This document shows positions 11,831 to 23,001 of a DNA stretch of 35,289 bases, one piece after another. The notes under the pieces are model-generated. The model ran no database searches, was not told where the DNA came from, and worked only from the letters and a program-made list of their open reading frames with translations. The stretch spans positions 479,097 to 514,385 of the forward strand of contig MU057822.1 in assembly GCA_013265495.1 (NCBI GenBank), read 5' to 3'. Within the stretch, counting starts at the first letter, position 1. Every line of letters begins with the position of its first letter. The stretch is from Vicugna vicugna. Taxonomy: Eukaryota. The position numbers and the translations under genes were made by a program.

Positions 11831-13270
11831 GTATGATCCGGGGTCGGCCGGACTCGCCCAGCCTCAGGGCGTGCAGCTGGCAGGACCCGCGAGGGTTGCA
11901 TGAATCTCATCAACTCCCATGGCAGCTCTTTTCCCCGGGACAGACCTGGCCTAGAAAGTGCTTCCTTAGTCTCAGCAACAGTCTGCCTCCCTGAAGCCAG
12001 TCCCAGGATTCTGTACAAACAAGTCCTCTCTTCTCTTGACCTTGTTTTAATAGAAAACAGCTGGCCACCTGGCCCTGGAGGAGAGTTTACTTTTCCTGCA
12101 GCAAGCTCCTTGGAGCGAGTCCCTCACTCTGTCCGTCTCCTAATGACCTGGCCACACGTTGGAGACACCCACCCCTTTGTTTAATTACCCAGAACGGGAA
12201 AACCGCATCTTTTCCCATTTGTACCTGGGTGGAGAGGCAGGAGTTTGGGTGAGGCAGGCGTAGGGTGGCCTCAGTTATTCTCATTGACCTAGTGCCACTT
12301 GCAACTCTTTGCTCTTTACAAAATGTTGGAGCTGGCCAGGCGTAGCTTCCGAGTGGCCGACACCTTACAGCAGGAGTGGTAGGTGACAGAGAAACTAATC
12401 TAGAACGTGATTTTTGCTCAGCTGAAGGTTTGTTTTGCAGAAATATAAACCTCCTCACTCTCTTCCTTCCAAGCCTCTTCCCTCCCTGTGTTCCTGGTCT
12501 CTGTCCCCATCCCCTGGCCCCACATAGTGAGCTGCAGAGTTCTGCCTCAGAGGGTTCCCCTTCCCTTCACCACCCTGACTCCTCCACTTCTGGGTCCCTC
12601 TCACTGCTCCTCACTAACCCCCACCGCTGCTGACCATCCCTGGCCCCACTGGCCCTGCTGCAGCCCACATCTCATCTGGGCTTTCTCCTGCTTGAGACCT
12701 TCCCGGGGCTCCCCCTGCAGTCCAGACAGTCTGATCACCTCATTTTAGCACACAAGGCCTTCAAGATCTGTCCCCAGTCTCTCCACAGTCACATCACCCC
12801 TGCCCCCACCTCCCAAGCACACAAAGCCTACCCTTTACCTCATACACACCCATCTCCTTGCTCTTCCCCGAACGTGTCAGACTTTCCGGGGCTGTCTCCT
12901 TTGCCTGAAGCGCACCCCCCGTGCTCACATCCCCCTCACCTGCCTCTTGCCATCCGGATCTTCCTCCCTGACAGGCTCCTCTCGTCCTCCTCAATCTTCA
13001 CACAACCTGAACATTTCCTCCCGGGGACTCTTTCTGCCCTTGTCTCCCCTCCCCTCCTTCAAGGCAGTGCCCAGTCTAGAGGAGTGACCCTCCTGTGTGT
13101 TCACGGCCCGAGTTCTTGCTCCCCAGCCTGGCTGGGCTGAGAGCTCCCAGAGGCCAGGGCTGGGCTTCACTCACTCCCACAGGCCCAGTTTCAGCGGCGG
13201 GACTTGGCATGAGGAAGGCCCCAGTAAACAGTCCGGTGGCCAGCCATGACAGCCTTGTTTCCCCTCCTAG

Positions 13271-13439
13271 GATAAAGTTCACATTCCTGGTGCAATCTAC
13301 CTCTCGATCAAATTTGATTCTCAGTGCAACACAGAGGAGGGCTGCGACGAGCTCGCCATGTCCAGCAGCAGTGACTTTCAGCAGGACCGACACAATTTCA
13401 GCGGGTCTCAGCAGAAGTGGAAAGATTTTGAGCTTCCCG
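13271..13439 (+). CDS. ZZEF1: ZZEF1 coding exon (12th)
   Basis: cctag acceptor, gtagta donor. DKVHIPGAIYLSIKFDSQCNTEEGCDELAMSSSSDFQQDRHNFSGSQQKWKDFELP. 169 nt, phase 0 to 1. Confidence 0.95.
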
Positions 13440-13480
13440 GTAGTAAATGAATACTCAGTCATATAGACTCTCAACATTAA

Positions 13481-13660
13481 GTTTTTTTTTATTATTTGCT
13501 TATTTTATTATTTATTATTTTTTATTGTTTGCTTGGTTTTTTTGGGGGGGGGTGAGTACTTAGGTTTATTTATTTCTTATTTAACGGAGATACTGGGGAT
13601 CGAATCCATGACCTTGTGCATGCTAAGTATGGACTCTACCACTGAGCTATACCTCCCCCC
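13481..13660 (-). mobile_element. tRNA-Ala(AGC)-derived SINE (camelid Vic-1-like), antisense in intron
   Basis: Reverse complement reads ggggggaggtatagctcagtggtagagtccatacttagcatgcacaaggtcatggattcgatccccagt, with A and B boxes, followed by an A-rich tail. Confidence 0.88.
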
Positions 13661-13801
13661 AAGTATTTAAACTTAATACTGAGAAAGGAAATTGTTGGAG
13701 GATTTAAAAACTAGGTTTGATCTATTTCGTAGGAAACCCCTCACTTGCCTTTCCCTGTTGCTGCAGTGTCCTGACCTGTCTCTGATTCTCACGTGTTCTA
13801 G

Positions 13802-13900
13802 GGGATACTCTGTATTACCGTTTCACCTCTGACATGAGCAACACTGAGTGGGGCTACAAATTCACCGTGACGGCTGGACACCTGGGGCGATTCCAGACAG
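13802..13900 (+). CDS. ZZEF1: ZZEF1 coding exon (13th)
   Basis: tctag acceptor, gtgtgt donor. (G)DTLYYRFTSDMSNTEWGYKFTVTAGHLGRFQT. 99 nt, phase 1 to 1. Confidence 0.95.
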
Positions 13901-14321
13901 GTGTGTGCTCTGGTCTTTCTGTTTGCACGATCTCTCTGCCCGGTACACTCTGCAAGTGTAGGTACTGTTATGTCACTGGTCTTTGTTAAAAATCAAAGCA
14001 CGTGTTCTTCTCTGTGACTTCTACAAATTTGTCTTCCAAGCCCTACGCGGGTCACTCTTGAATGGGCTAGAGTTGGCTAGTTGTAATTTAAATGGCCAGA
14101 TAGAGGAGCCATCTGTCAGGACCTAGAAAAGATGCTCATTCTGTTAGAATTTGCCAGGGCCTTTTGTAAAAAGGAGGAAACGAAAATGTTGTTCCTGTGT
14201 TGCTTTTACAAAACGCATAATTTCAGGCAAAATTTAAATGATCCCAGTGGTTTCTTCCTATTTATTAAAACTTAAGCAGTGTATATTTTTAAAAATATCT
14301 CTATTTTGTCGGGGTTGCCAG

Positions 14322-14487
14322 GATTTGAGATTTTGAAGCAGATGTTGTCAGAGGAAAGAGTTGTGCCGCACCTCCCATTGGCCAAAATTTGGGAGTGGAT
14401 GGTGGGCGTGGCCTGTCGCCAGACAGGTCATCAGCGGTTAAAAGCCATCCACCTACTTCTGAGGATCATGCGATGCTGCACCCACAG
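14322..14487 (+). CDS. ZZEF1: ZZEF1 coding exon (14th)
   Basis: gccag acceptor, gtgagc donor. (G)FEILKQMLSEERVVPHLPLAKIWEWMVGVACRQTGHQRLKAIHLLLRIMRCCTH. 166 nt, phase 1 to 2. Confidence 0.95.
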
Positions 14488-14559
14488 GTGAGCTGCCTTC
14501 CTGATACGAGTCTGTTCCTGGGTGTTTGTGTTGTGAATCTCTCCTCCCACTTCAGGGCT

Positions 14560-15090
14560 TGCTGTTTCACTCTGTTAGTGGTTTCTCTGATGAAAGAAGT
14601 CTCTAATTATTATGTCTTCAGCTCATCGGTCATTTCCTTTATGAGGATGCTTTTGTTGTCCTGTTTAGGAATTTCTTGCCGTACTTGACCTTGGGTCGTG
14701 AAGATAAAGCTGGTTTTTTGTTTTCACATTTAGAGCAGCAGTCCACATGGAATGAATTTTCACACATAATGTGAAGGGAAGGGGGTCAAGATTAGTTTTT
14801 TCTCATGTGGGTCTCCATTTGACTCTAAAGACCGCCTTTCCTCTCACCACACCCTATGCCGTCTTTGTCACAGAGAAGGTGTCCATCTGTAGGGGGGGAT
14901 CCGTGTCTGGCTGCTTTTGTTCTGCTGGTCTTTTTGTTATCTTTGTGCCAGCACCACACTGTCTTAAATATTGTAGCTTAATGACAGATTTGCTATCTAG
15001 CAGTATAAATGCTTCCTCCTGCCTCTTCATCTTCAAGATCGACTTGGCTATTTGATACTGCAGTCCGTATAAATTTTAGAATTAGTTTAG
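14560..15090 (-). mobile_element. Older degraded LINE-1 ORF2 fragment
   Basis: Diverged antisense L1 motifs: ctttgtgccagcaccacactgtcttaaatattgtagc, ttcttcaagatcgacttggctatt and ataaattttagaattag. Confidence 0.65.
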
Positions 15091-15094
15091 TTCC

Positions 15095-16953
15095 TTTTTT
15101 TCCTCAGCCTTATTGAGATATAATAGACAAATAAAATTGTAATGTATTTAAAGTATAGAATGTAATCATTTGATATCAGTTATACACTGTGAAAGGATTC
15201 CCACAGTCAAGTTAACTGATACATTTCACTCTCTTGTGGAATTGTCGATTTCCACTGTGCGTTACGGTATTGTACACTATTGTCAACAGTTGTCACCATG
15301 TTGTATGGTAGATCCTCAGACCTTATTCATCTCGTAACCGAAGTTTATACCTTTTTACCAGTTTTCCCCATTTCCCCCACTTCCCAGCCCTTGGTAACCA
15401 CCATTCTAACTCTGTTTCTATGGGTTTGACTTTTTTGGGGATTCTACATGTAAGTGATATGCAGTGTTGTTTTTTTTTTAATCTGGCTTATTTCACTTAG
15501 CATAATGCCCTCCAGGTTCATCCATGTTGTCCGAAATGGCAGGATTTCCTTCTCTTTTATAGCTGAATAATGTTCCATTGTGTATCTATATGCCACGTTT
15601 TTCTTATCCATTCATCCATCAACAGACACTTGGCTATTTTGAATAGTGCTGCTGTGAACATAGGAGTAGAGTTACCTTTCTGAGGTAATGATTTCATTTA
15701 TTTTGGATATACCCACAGGTGGGATTGCTGGATCATTTGGCAGCTTCACCTTTAATTTCTTGAGAAACCTCTATGCTATTTACATTCCCACTAACATTGT
15801 ACAAGGGTTCTCTCTTTTCTCCACATCCTTGCCAGCATTTGTTATCTCTTATCTTTTTGATAGTAGCCATCCTAACACAGGTGTGGTGATATCTCACTGT
15901 GGTTTTGATTTACATTTCCCTGATAATTAGTGATGTCAAACACCTTTTCTTGTACCCATTGGCCACTTGTATGTCTTTGGGAAAATGTCTATTCAGGTCC
16001 TTTGCCTATTTTTTTTAAATTGGGTTATTTTACTATTTAGTTGTATGAGTTCCTTGTATATTTTGATATTAACTCCTTATCAGATACGTGGTTTGCAAAT
16101 AGTTTCTCCCGTTCCATAGTATGCCTTTTCACTCTGTTGACTGTTTCCTTTGCTGTGCAGAAGCTTTTTAGTTTGATGTAATCCTACTTGTTTATTTTTG
16201 CTTTTGATATCAAATCTAAAAAATCATCGCCAAAACCAGTGTCAAGGAGCTTACCCCCTACATTTTCTTCTAGCAATTTTATAGTTTTAGGACTTACACA
16301 AAAGTCAACTCAAATGGGCTGAAGACTTGAATGTATGGTATAAGATAGGGGTCCAGTTTCATTCCTTTGCATGTAGATATCCAGTTTTCCCAACACCATT
16401 TATTGAAGAGAATATTTTTTCCTCATTGCATATTCTTGGTGCCTTGTCAAAAATTAAACACATATATTTGTGGGTTTATTTCTCGGCTCTCTGTTTTGTT
16501 TCCATTGATCTATATTTCTTTTTTTATGCCAATACCAATATGCTGTTTTGATGACTGCAGCTTTGTAGTATAGTTTAAAATCAGGGAGTGTGATGCCTCC
16601 AGCTTTGTTCTTCTTTCTCAAGATTGCTTTGGCTATTCAGGGTCTTTTGTAGTTCCATTTAAATTTTAGGATTTTTTTTCTATTTCTGTGGGAAATGCCA
16701 TTGGAATTTTGATAGGGATTGCTGTAGATTGCCTTGGGTACTATGACTATTTTAACAATATTAGTTGTTTTAATCCATGAACTCAGAATATCTGGCTATT
16801 ACTTGTGTCTTCTTCAGTTGCTTTCATCAGTGTTTTATAGGTTTTAGTGTACAGATCTTTCACCTCCTTTGTTAAATTTATTCCGAAGTATTTTATTCTT
16901 TTGGACTCTATTTATTGTAAATGGGATTGTTTTCTTAATTTCTCTTTCTAGCT
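15095..16953 (-). mobile_element. 5'-truncated LINE-1 (3' UTR plus ORF2 C-terminal part), antisense
   Basis: T-run and ttattgagatataat 3' end at 15095. L1 motifs include catccatgttgtccgaaatggcaggatttccttc, tttgctgtgcagaagctttttagtttgatg and gtgtgatgcctccagctttgttcttctttctcaagattgc. Confidence 0.9.
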
Positions 16954-18175
16954 GTCTCCACCGTGTCCTCACATGCAAACATCAGGGGTCACGTCGCCCA
17001 CAGGTTTAGTTCTGTTCCTCTGCGAGCAGCATCCCGTGAGCACTCTCTAGCTGAGCGACATGTATGAATTGTCACATCTCCACTGTCTTCAGGCCAGAGC
17101 GCCCTCCTGGCTGCTTTCCTGCTGTATCCTGGCCATCTCCCACCTTCCTTCCTGTAGGGATGCTCCTGCAGCCCCTTGGTCCCAGGGGCCAAGGGGCAAG
17201 GCAGCCCCTGGGGGAAGGACGGCGGCAGGGGAACCTCCACGGTTCTCCCGGAGGTCTGAGCCAAGTAGGTGCCTTTACCTCACACTCTAGTGCTTTCCCG
17301 AAAACTCAATTGTGAAGCTGTCTCTTTAAAGCAAACCACAGTTTCCCATTGTTTACTTTGCGAAGGCTTATTCCCCTGGGAGAAAGTGATTGGCTCCAAG
17401 ATTACACTTAAATGCACAGAATTCTTTTAAAAATCATACTAAAAAGAAAAGGCAAATTTTAAGGTTATAAATATGTAAAATCATGTAAAGTCCCAGAATC
17501 ATAATTTTTCTCCTCTGAAGGATGTTGAACTGGAATTAAAGTACAACGTTAAGAAAAAAAAAATGCAGTCTCAACAGGAGTCTAATAAAAAGGGTTCTGC
17601 TTTACCCTTTAAAGACTCCTGGCCTGGCCAACGTTATAAGCGTACTTCTTGTGTTTTATGAGCCTGAGGTCATAACAACAGTTGCTGTTATCTTTTAAAT
17701 CAGTTTTTTTCTCTGATTATTAAAGCAAATGAGCGTTGTAGAAAATTTAGAAAACTGACAGGGACAGCCCCTGATAACATTTTTTGGGCATGTTCGTTTA
17801 CTGTTGCTTTTAATATGGTCACGCAATAATATATATGCAGTTTTAAAATTTTTACACTTTATGTTGCATATCTTGCTCGTTTCCACTGAACATTATCTTG
17901 AGATTTTCCCACTGCCATTGAAGTTCTTCTAACAACCATTTTTAAAGACGTGCAGCTGATTTGCGTGAACGTGCCGTGCCTCAGGACCTCCTTTTTCTCG
18001 GAGTCCTGGTTTGAAGTTGAGGTTCTGCCCCTTTTCTGATTTGCCGTTGGGGAATGTTGGGCAGTTTGGGGGAGGCGGGGACTGTCGTGTACTGACCTTG
18101 TTAGATGTGGGGGCAGACGCTGGAGCTGCATTTCCCCTCAGCTGCCCTCAGCAAACCCACCCCCTCCTCCCACAG

Positions 18176-18329
18176 TGACCTTTGTGACCTCACGCTCTTG
18201 AAGCCCCTGTGGCAGCTCTTCACCCAGATGGAGTACAGCCTGTTTGAGGACGTGACGCAGCCTGGCATCCTCCTGCCCCTGCACCGCGCCCTCACCGAGC
18301 TCTTCTTCGTCACCGAGAACCGCGCCCAG
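18176..18329 (+). CDS. ZZEF1: ZZEF1 coding exon (15th)
   Basis: cacag acceptor, gtgagg donor. (S)DLCDLTLLKPLWQLFTQMEYSLFEDVTQPGILLPLHRALTELFFVTENRAQ. 154 nt, phase 2 to 0. Confidence 0.95.
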
Positions 18330-18825
18330 GTGAGGGCCTGCCCTGCCTCCCCACCGGCTTCCAGGCTTCTGCTTCCTCCGCTGCCCGGGGCCAGAGCCAG
18401 GCCTCAGATCACAGCCCTCTGCGAGCCCTGGGGTGTCATGGGGTCTCAGCAGACCTGCTCAGGGAGGCCAGCATGGCCTGGAGTCCAGCGTCCCCTCTCC
18501 CCTGCCCCGGGGAACCCTTGAGTCCACCCCAGTGTCACTTGTTTGGTTAGGCCTGACGCCAAGGGGAACCTGCCCTTGACTGGCCCTTGACCACAGTAAG
18601 TTTGGGGAAATAAACTGGTAGGTCCTTCCTCCTCCTTTCCCTCCCCTCAGCACAACAGACTCATTGACCGTGAGAGATGAAAGAGCTCTTCAGCTTACCC
18701 TCGTGTTGTATACGCTAGGCCGCTGCGGGTGGGTCAGGGCGCCTGGCTCCCCAACTCCTGCTCCTTCGTGGCTGGGTGTCCTCTAGGGGGCGGTCTCTTA
18801 CAGCTGCCCCCTGCTCTCTCCGCAG

Positions 18826-18897
18826 GAGCTCGGCCTGCTGCAGGACTACCTGCTGGCCTTAACCACTGACGACCACCTTCTCCGCTGCGCGGCACAG
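18826..18897 (+). CDS. ZZEF1: ZZEF1 coding exon (16th, penultimate)
   Basis: cgcag acceptor, gtaccc donor. ELGLLQDYLLALTTDDHLLRCAAQ. 72 nt. Confidence 0.94.
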
Positions 18898-19209
18898 GTA
18901 CCCCCCTCCCGGTGGCGGCCGTACTCACCCATGGCCGGGACAGAGACTCCACCCCGGGTTTACACGGAGCTCTGCTCCGAGGCAGCCACTTCCTGCTGGT
19001 GTCAGAGATTGCAGCCGAGCCCCATTTATCAGAGTCTTTCATATTAAACTGTGGGGTCAGGAGACACCAGCAAGAATTTGTGTCTCTTAAACCAAAACAA
19101 CCAGTGCCTTAAATTTACAGTTTGGCCGATCCCTGAAGTTTCCATAGAGTTAGATTTCAGATATTTCTGGATGTAACTTTCTTCCCTGGTAGGAGAACTC
19201 CTCTCTGAC

Positions 19210-19710
19210 AGCTGGTGGGTCTCAGGGCCCCTTTACACTTTAAAATTATTGAGGATCCCAAAAAGCTTTTGTTTATGTGCATTATATATATTCATATATA
19301 CCATTAGAAGTAAAATTAGATTTTAAATTTAGAAATCAGTTGGAAATTAAAATGTTAAACTTATTTGTCAATTTATTTTTTAAAATAAACTCATTCCACT
19401 TAACATCACAGTTGTGAAAAACAACTGTATTTTTCAAAACAAAATAATTTTTGAGAAGGGTAGCATTGTGTTCATTTCTGCAGCTCTCTCTAACACCTGC
19501 CTTCATAGAAGACAGCTCTGTCTGTATACCCGCTTCTACATTCAGTTGTTATCACACATTAGCCTCTGGAAAACTCACTGTATACTCGTGAGAATGTGAA
19601 GGTGAAAAAGGTGAAATACTGTCTCGGTATTATTGTGAAGATGGTTTTCATGATGCAGAGCCCTTGAAAGGGCCTGGGGGACCCCCAGGCTCACTGACTC
19701 CTTGAATATT
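19210..19710. mobile_element. hAT-Charlie DNA transposon relic (Charlie1-like)
   Basis: cctttacactttaaaattattgaggatcccaaaaagcttttgtttatgtg, agcctctggaaaactcactgtatactcgtgaga and gaaagggcctgggggacccccagg resemble the Charlie1a consensus as I recall it. Confidence 0.7.
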
Positions 19711-19734
19711 GTGGAGCATGTGGTCTAAGCCCCC

Positions 19735-19850
19735 ACAGTGGATGGATAGGGGTGCTGAGGCTCAGAGAAGGGAGAGATTTGTTCCAGGGTCACACAGGAT
19801 GGGGCATCCAGCTGGGACTCCCAGCCAGAGCCCTGCACTCTGTTCCTGGC
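19735..19850 (+). mobile_element. MIR-like SINE relic
   Basis: gctgaggctcagagaagggagagatttgttccagggtcacacag resembles the MIR core. Confidence 0.55.
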
Positions 19851-20365
19851 ATGTTTTCTCAGTGAGGATACATACGGTCCTCCCACAAGAAAGGCTCGGA
19901 GCGCCTGCTTAGAAGCAGGCATCCCCCATCCATTGCAGAAAGGTTTGTGTGAATTTTCCTGAGACCTGTAGGCAGAGTGAAAACTCCTCCCCTCCTAACA
20001 GGGGCCTCCCGGCACCGCCACTGGCTTTTGGTTTCTTCCCTTCTGCTCCTTTGTGCTGCTGTTCCCTTTCCCTAAAGCACCTTCCCAGACTCCCTGCAGA
20101 CATGTCCTCTGAGCCCCAGCATTGCACCTGCCCCTCTCTTGGGGCAGTGGTGATTTCTCCCTTACACGTGGCATTTCATGTGGTCTCGTTAGGTTTGTCT
20201 CACCCTAGACTGTGGTCCCTCAGGTGAGGGGAACCACATCTGGCTTGTGCCTGCCTCCCCCACCCCTCCTCAGGTGTTCAGCTGAGGGTCTTGTTCTGTC
20301 GGCACCTAATGACCCAGCAGGTGAAAGGTTCTAGACGTTGGTGATGACCCTTCCTCCCTCCACAG

Positions 20366-20446
20366 GCTCTGCAGAACATTGCTGCTATCAGCCTGGCCAT
20401 CGACTACCCAAACAAGGCCACCCGCCTCTGGAACGTCGAGTGTTAG
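20366..20446 (+). CDS. ZZEF1: ZZEF1 terminal coding exon (coding part, to TAG)
   Basis: cacag acceptor. ALQNIAAISLAIDYPNKATRLWNVEC* matches the ZZEF1 C-terminus as I recall it. Stop TAG at 20444-20446. Confidence 0.95.
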   Translation, partial: ALQNIAAISLAIDYPNKATRLWNVEC

Positions 20447-22980
20447 CCCCTGGTGCGGCATGAATGGAACTAGCTAATCTGTCCGCAAGGATCTCAGAGC
20501 AGATGCCTAAACTCGTTCAGGGAGATTCCTGCGGCGTCGGTGCCCGGCTCTCCTTGAGCTCCCTTTTCCACTCCAGCTCGAATGCCAAGCAGCCACGTCT
20601 CCAAGAACCTCCCGTGTCACAGGCGAGGCACCCGTGCATACCACAGCATGTGAGAATAAGCAGAGCAGTGCAGAATTATTCAGAAAGGCGGGCAGCAGGC
20701 CCCTGAGAAGGTCGTTCAGAGACCAGCTTTCCCCAGGGCTTGTCGCTGCAGGAGCCGCAGCCCTGGGAAGACCTGGCCGCAGCTGCTCGGGAAAGGGCTC
20801 TGTCTGTGGAGCTGAGACTGCATGTACTTGCCCTTCAGGGGAAGGCAGGGTCTGCCCAGAGCTGCCTTTCTCAGCGAAACCTCCAGCAGCAGCGGCCGGC
20901 CTGGGAGCTCCTCTTTTGCTTTTGCTTCTGGAGACTGGGTAATCCAAACCAAAACTGGTGGGAGCCCCTCCTGGCGGGCCACCTGGTCCCTTGTGTTCGG
21001 TATGGGACCCGCCGCCACGCTACTCCCCTGTGTAGCCACGGCCATCCCAGAGGAACCCTCAGTGAGAACAAGTGCCCTGTGGGACAGCCAGCGGGCTGCC
21101 ATGGTGTCCACTCGTGCACTGCTCCCAGCACGTCCACAGATTTTTTAGTTGCTGTTTTAACATATTTCAGTTTCCACCTCATGTTTTTAGAAAGAACCAC
21201 ACTGACTCCCTTGAGAGGGCCTCGGGGGCATGACCAGTGGGTCGGTCATTCAAGGGGATAGACTGGTTTGTGTGAAACTTGAAGACGACTCTTTAGCTTC
21301 TGTATCTAAAGACTGGAAGTGTTGTCAGAGGAGATCTTATTTTAGAAGTAAAACAAACAAACAAACAAAACACATGATGACTTTATTTCTGCTCCATGGT
21401 CATGATAACCATCACGTCCTCCTCTGGGACTCTCCGCGGTTACTGGGCTGTCACAGGTCTAGCAATAACTGCGTTAGTCGAATGAACGCTGTTTTCCACC
21501 TCTCTTTTTTATGGCTGTAGTCTTGCCCTGAAGTGCTGATTGTATTCTGCTTCCAAAGCCAGGCTTTGGGGTATGAGGCTGGGTTGGCATGTGGGCTGTG
21601 GACAAGCCTCAGTGGGACACATCGCTTGGAGAATGTCTGAGGCAGCTCCCATTTAAGGGTGGGGGCCCGGGCCCGATCATGTCCCCACACACAGGGACGA
21701 ACCCACAGAAGGCTCCTCATAGCCAGGGCCAAGTTGAGCAGGTCAGCACTGCCGTGGCCTCAGAAGCCCCCTCTGCAGGGCCCAAGACTGCAGGTCCTGG
21801 AAACACCTTACTGCAAGATCACTTTTGCCTTCTGGGTCAGGAGCCAGGGTACAGTGACCTGCTGCAGCCCTAGAATTCGGTTCTCAACCCCACCCCAAGC
21901 TGCATGTGGAGCCGTCATCAAAGGGAGAATTCAAAGGAGACAGAAGCAGACAGAGCAGGTCCTGAAACCCAGTGACCTAAAGCCCATCGCCCTGATGTTG
22001 GCAAGGCACCCGGTCTCCCGTGGTGTTGGGGTGTGAGTAGACGGGCGCTGTGGCCTGGTAGAAGCCCCTTACTCATCTGTTGCTCTGCCCGCATCCCCAG
22101 AGAAGGCCCCACACTCCGTCCCACCCAGGCCCAGGTGGGTCTCGCAGTGAAGAGGGAGATCACAGAGAAGTGCCCGGCTTGGGAGGAGAGGCCCCCATCC
22201 TGGGCTCAGGCTCACTGATGGGCTGCCCCGAAGGTAGACACGGAGACGGTGCACTCACTGCTCCCCTTCGCCTGCCACCCATGCCCCTCTGTACCGCAGA
22301 GTGACAGTAAAGCAGGGACAGACGAGCAGGGCAGGGTGACACCGCATCCTCCCACCAGGAAGATAGACTGGAACTAAATGCTGGACTCCTCATAGCTTCT
22401 CTCTGTACACCACCCTTGTTATTCTGGTCTCTGCGCATTCAGTTTGGATAGAACCAGCCTAAGCTCTCCCTTCTTGCATAACTGCTGCTCTCTCCACGCA
22501 GAGCCCTTCCGGGCCAGCACCCCTGCCTCCCACCCGCCTCTGCTTCCGGCCACTGGGTGGCACTGCCGAGCCAGGACCCGCTCCCTGGGTCCCCAGCAGG
22601 GCCAGCAGCATGGAATGAGCGAGCTCCATTCAGACCCACATCCCTTTGATCCTTCTTAGGAGGCAGGACTGCCTGAAATGAGATAAAACTGGTAGGAATG
22701 AGGTGTTACGGAAACATGTGCCTAATCTATAAAGAAATCTGTTCCAAACCATGTATATTGTACAGACAGACGCTGTTCCTAATGAGGAGTGACTTATTTT
22801 CATCATTGTTTTTAATTTGTTTTCTTACGGGTTTACGATTTTGAATTTTTCTTATTTGGTTGAAAGAATTTTGATTATATCAGCTGAGTGAGTTCAGCCT
22901 GTAAAAAGGATGTTAAGTTGTGGGTAAAATATGCAAATGAAGAGAAATATATTGTACAAATTCTATACAAAACAGTAGTT
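20447..22980 (+). other. ZZEF1: Putative ZZEF1 3' UTR (about 2.5 kb; end approximate)
   Basis: Follows the stop codon. Ends in an AU-rich block (about 22740-22980) with several TGTA elements, followed by a GT/T-rich tract at 22979-23001. Confidence 0.65.
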
Positions 22981-23001
22981 GTGTGTGGTTTTTTTTTTTT
23001 T
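22946..23001 (+). terminator. Candidate cleavage/polyadenylation region (variant signal AATATA plus GU/U-rich downstream element)
   Basis: AATATA at 22946-22951, then gtgtgtggttttttttttttt at 22981-23001. TGTA motifs at about 22752, 22759, 22900 and 22953. Confidence 0.5.

Noticed and set aside
20464..22660. Many overlapping 60-170 aa ORFs in the 3' UTR
   Set aside because: Expected by chance in GC-rich sequence. No recognisable domain or exon structure.
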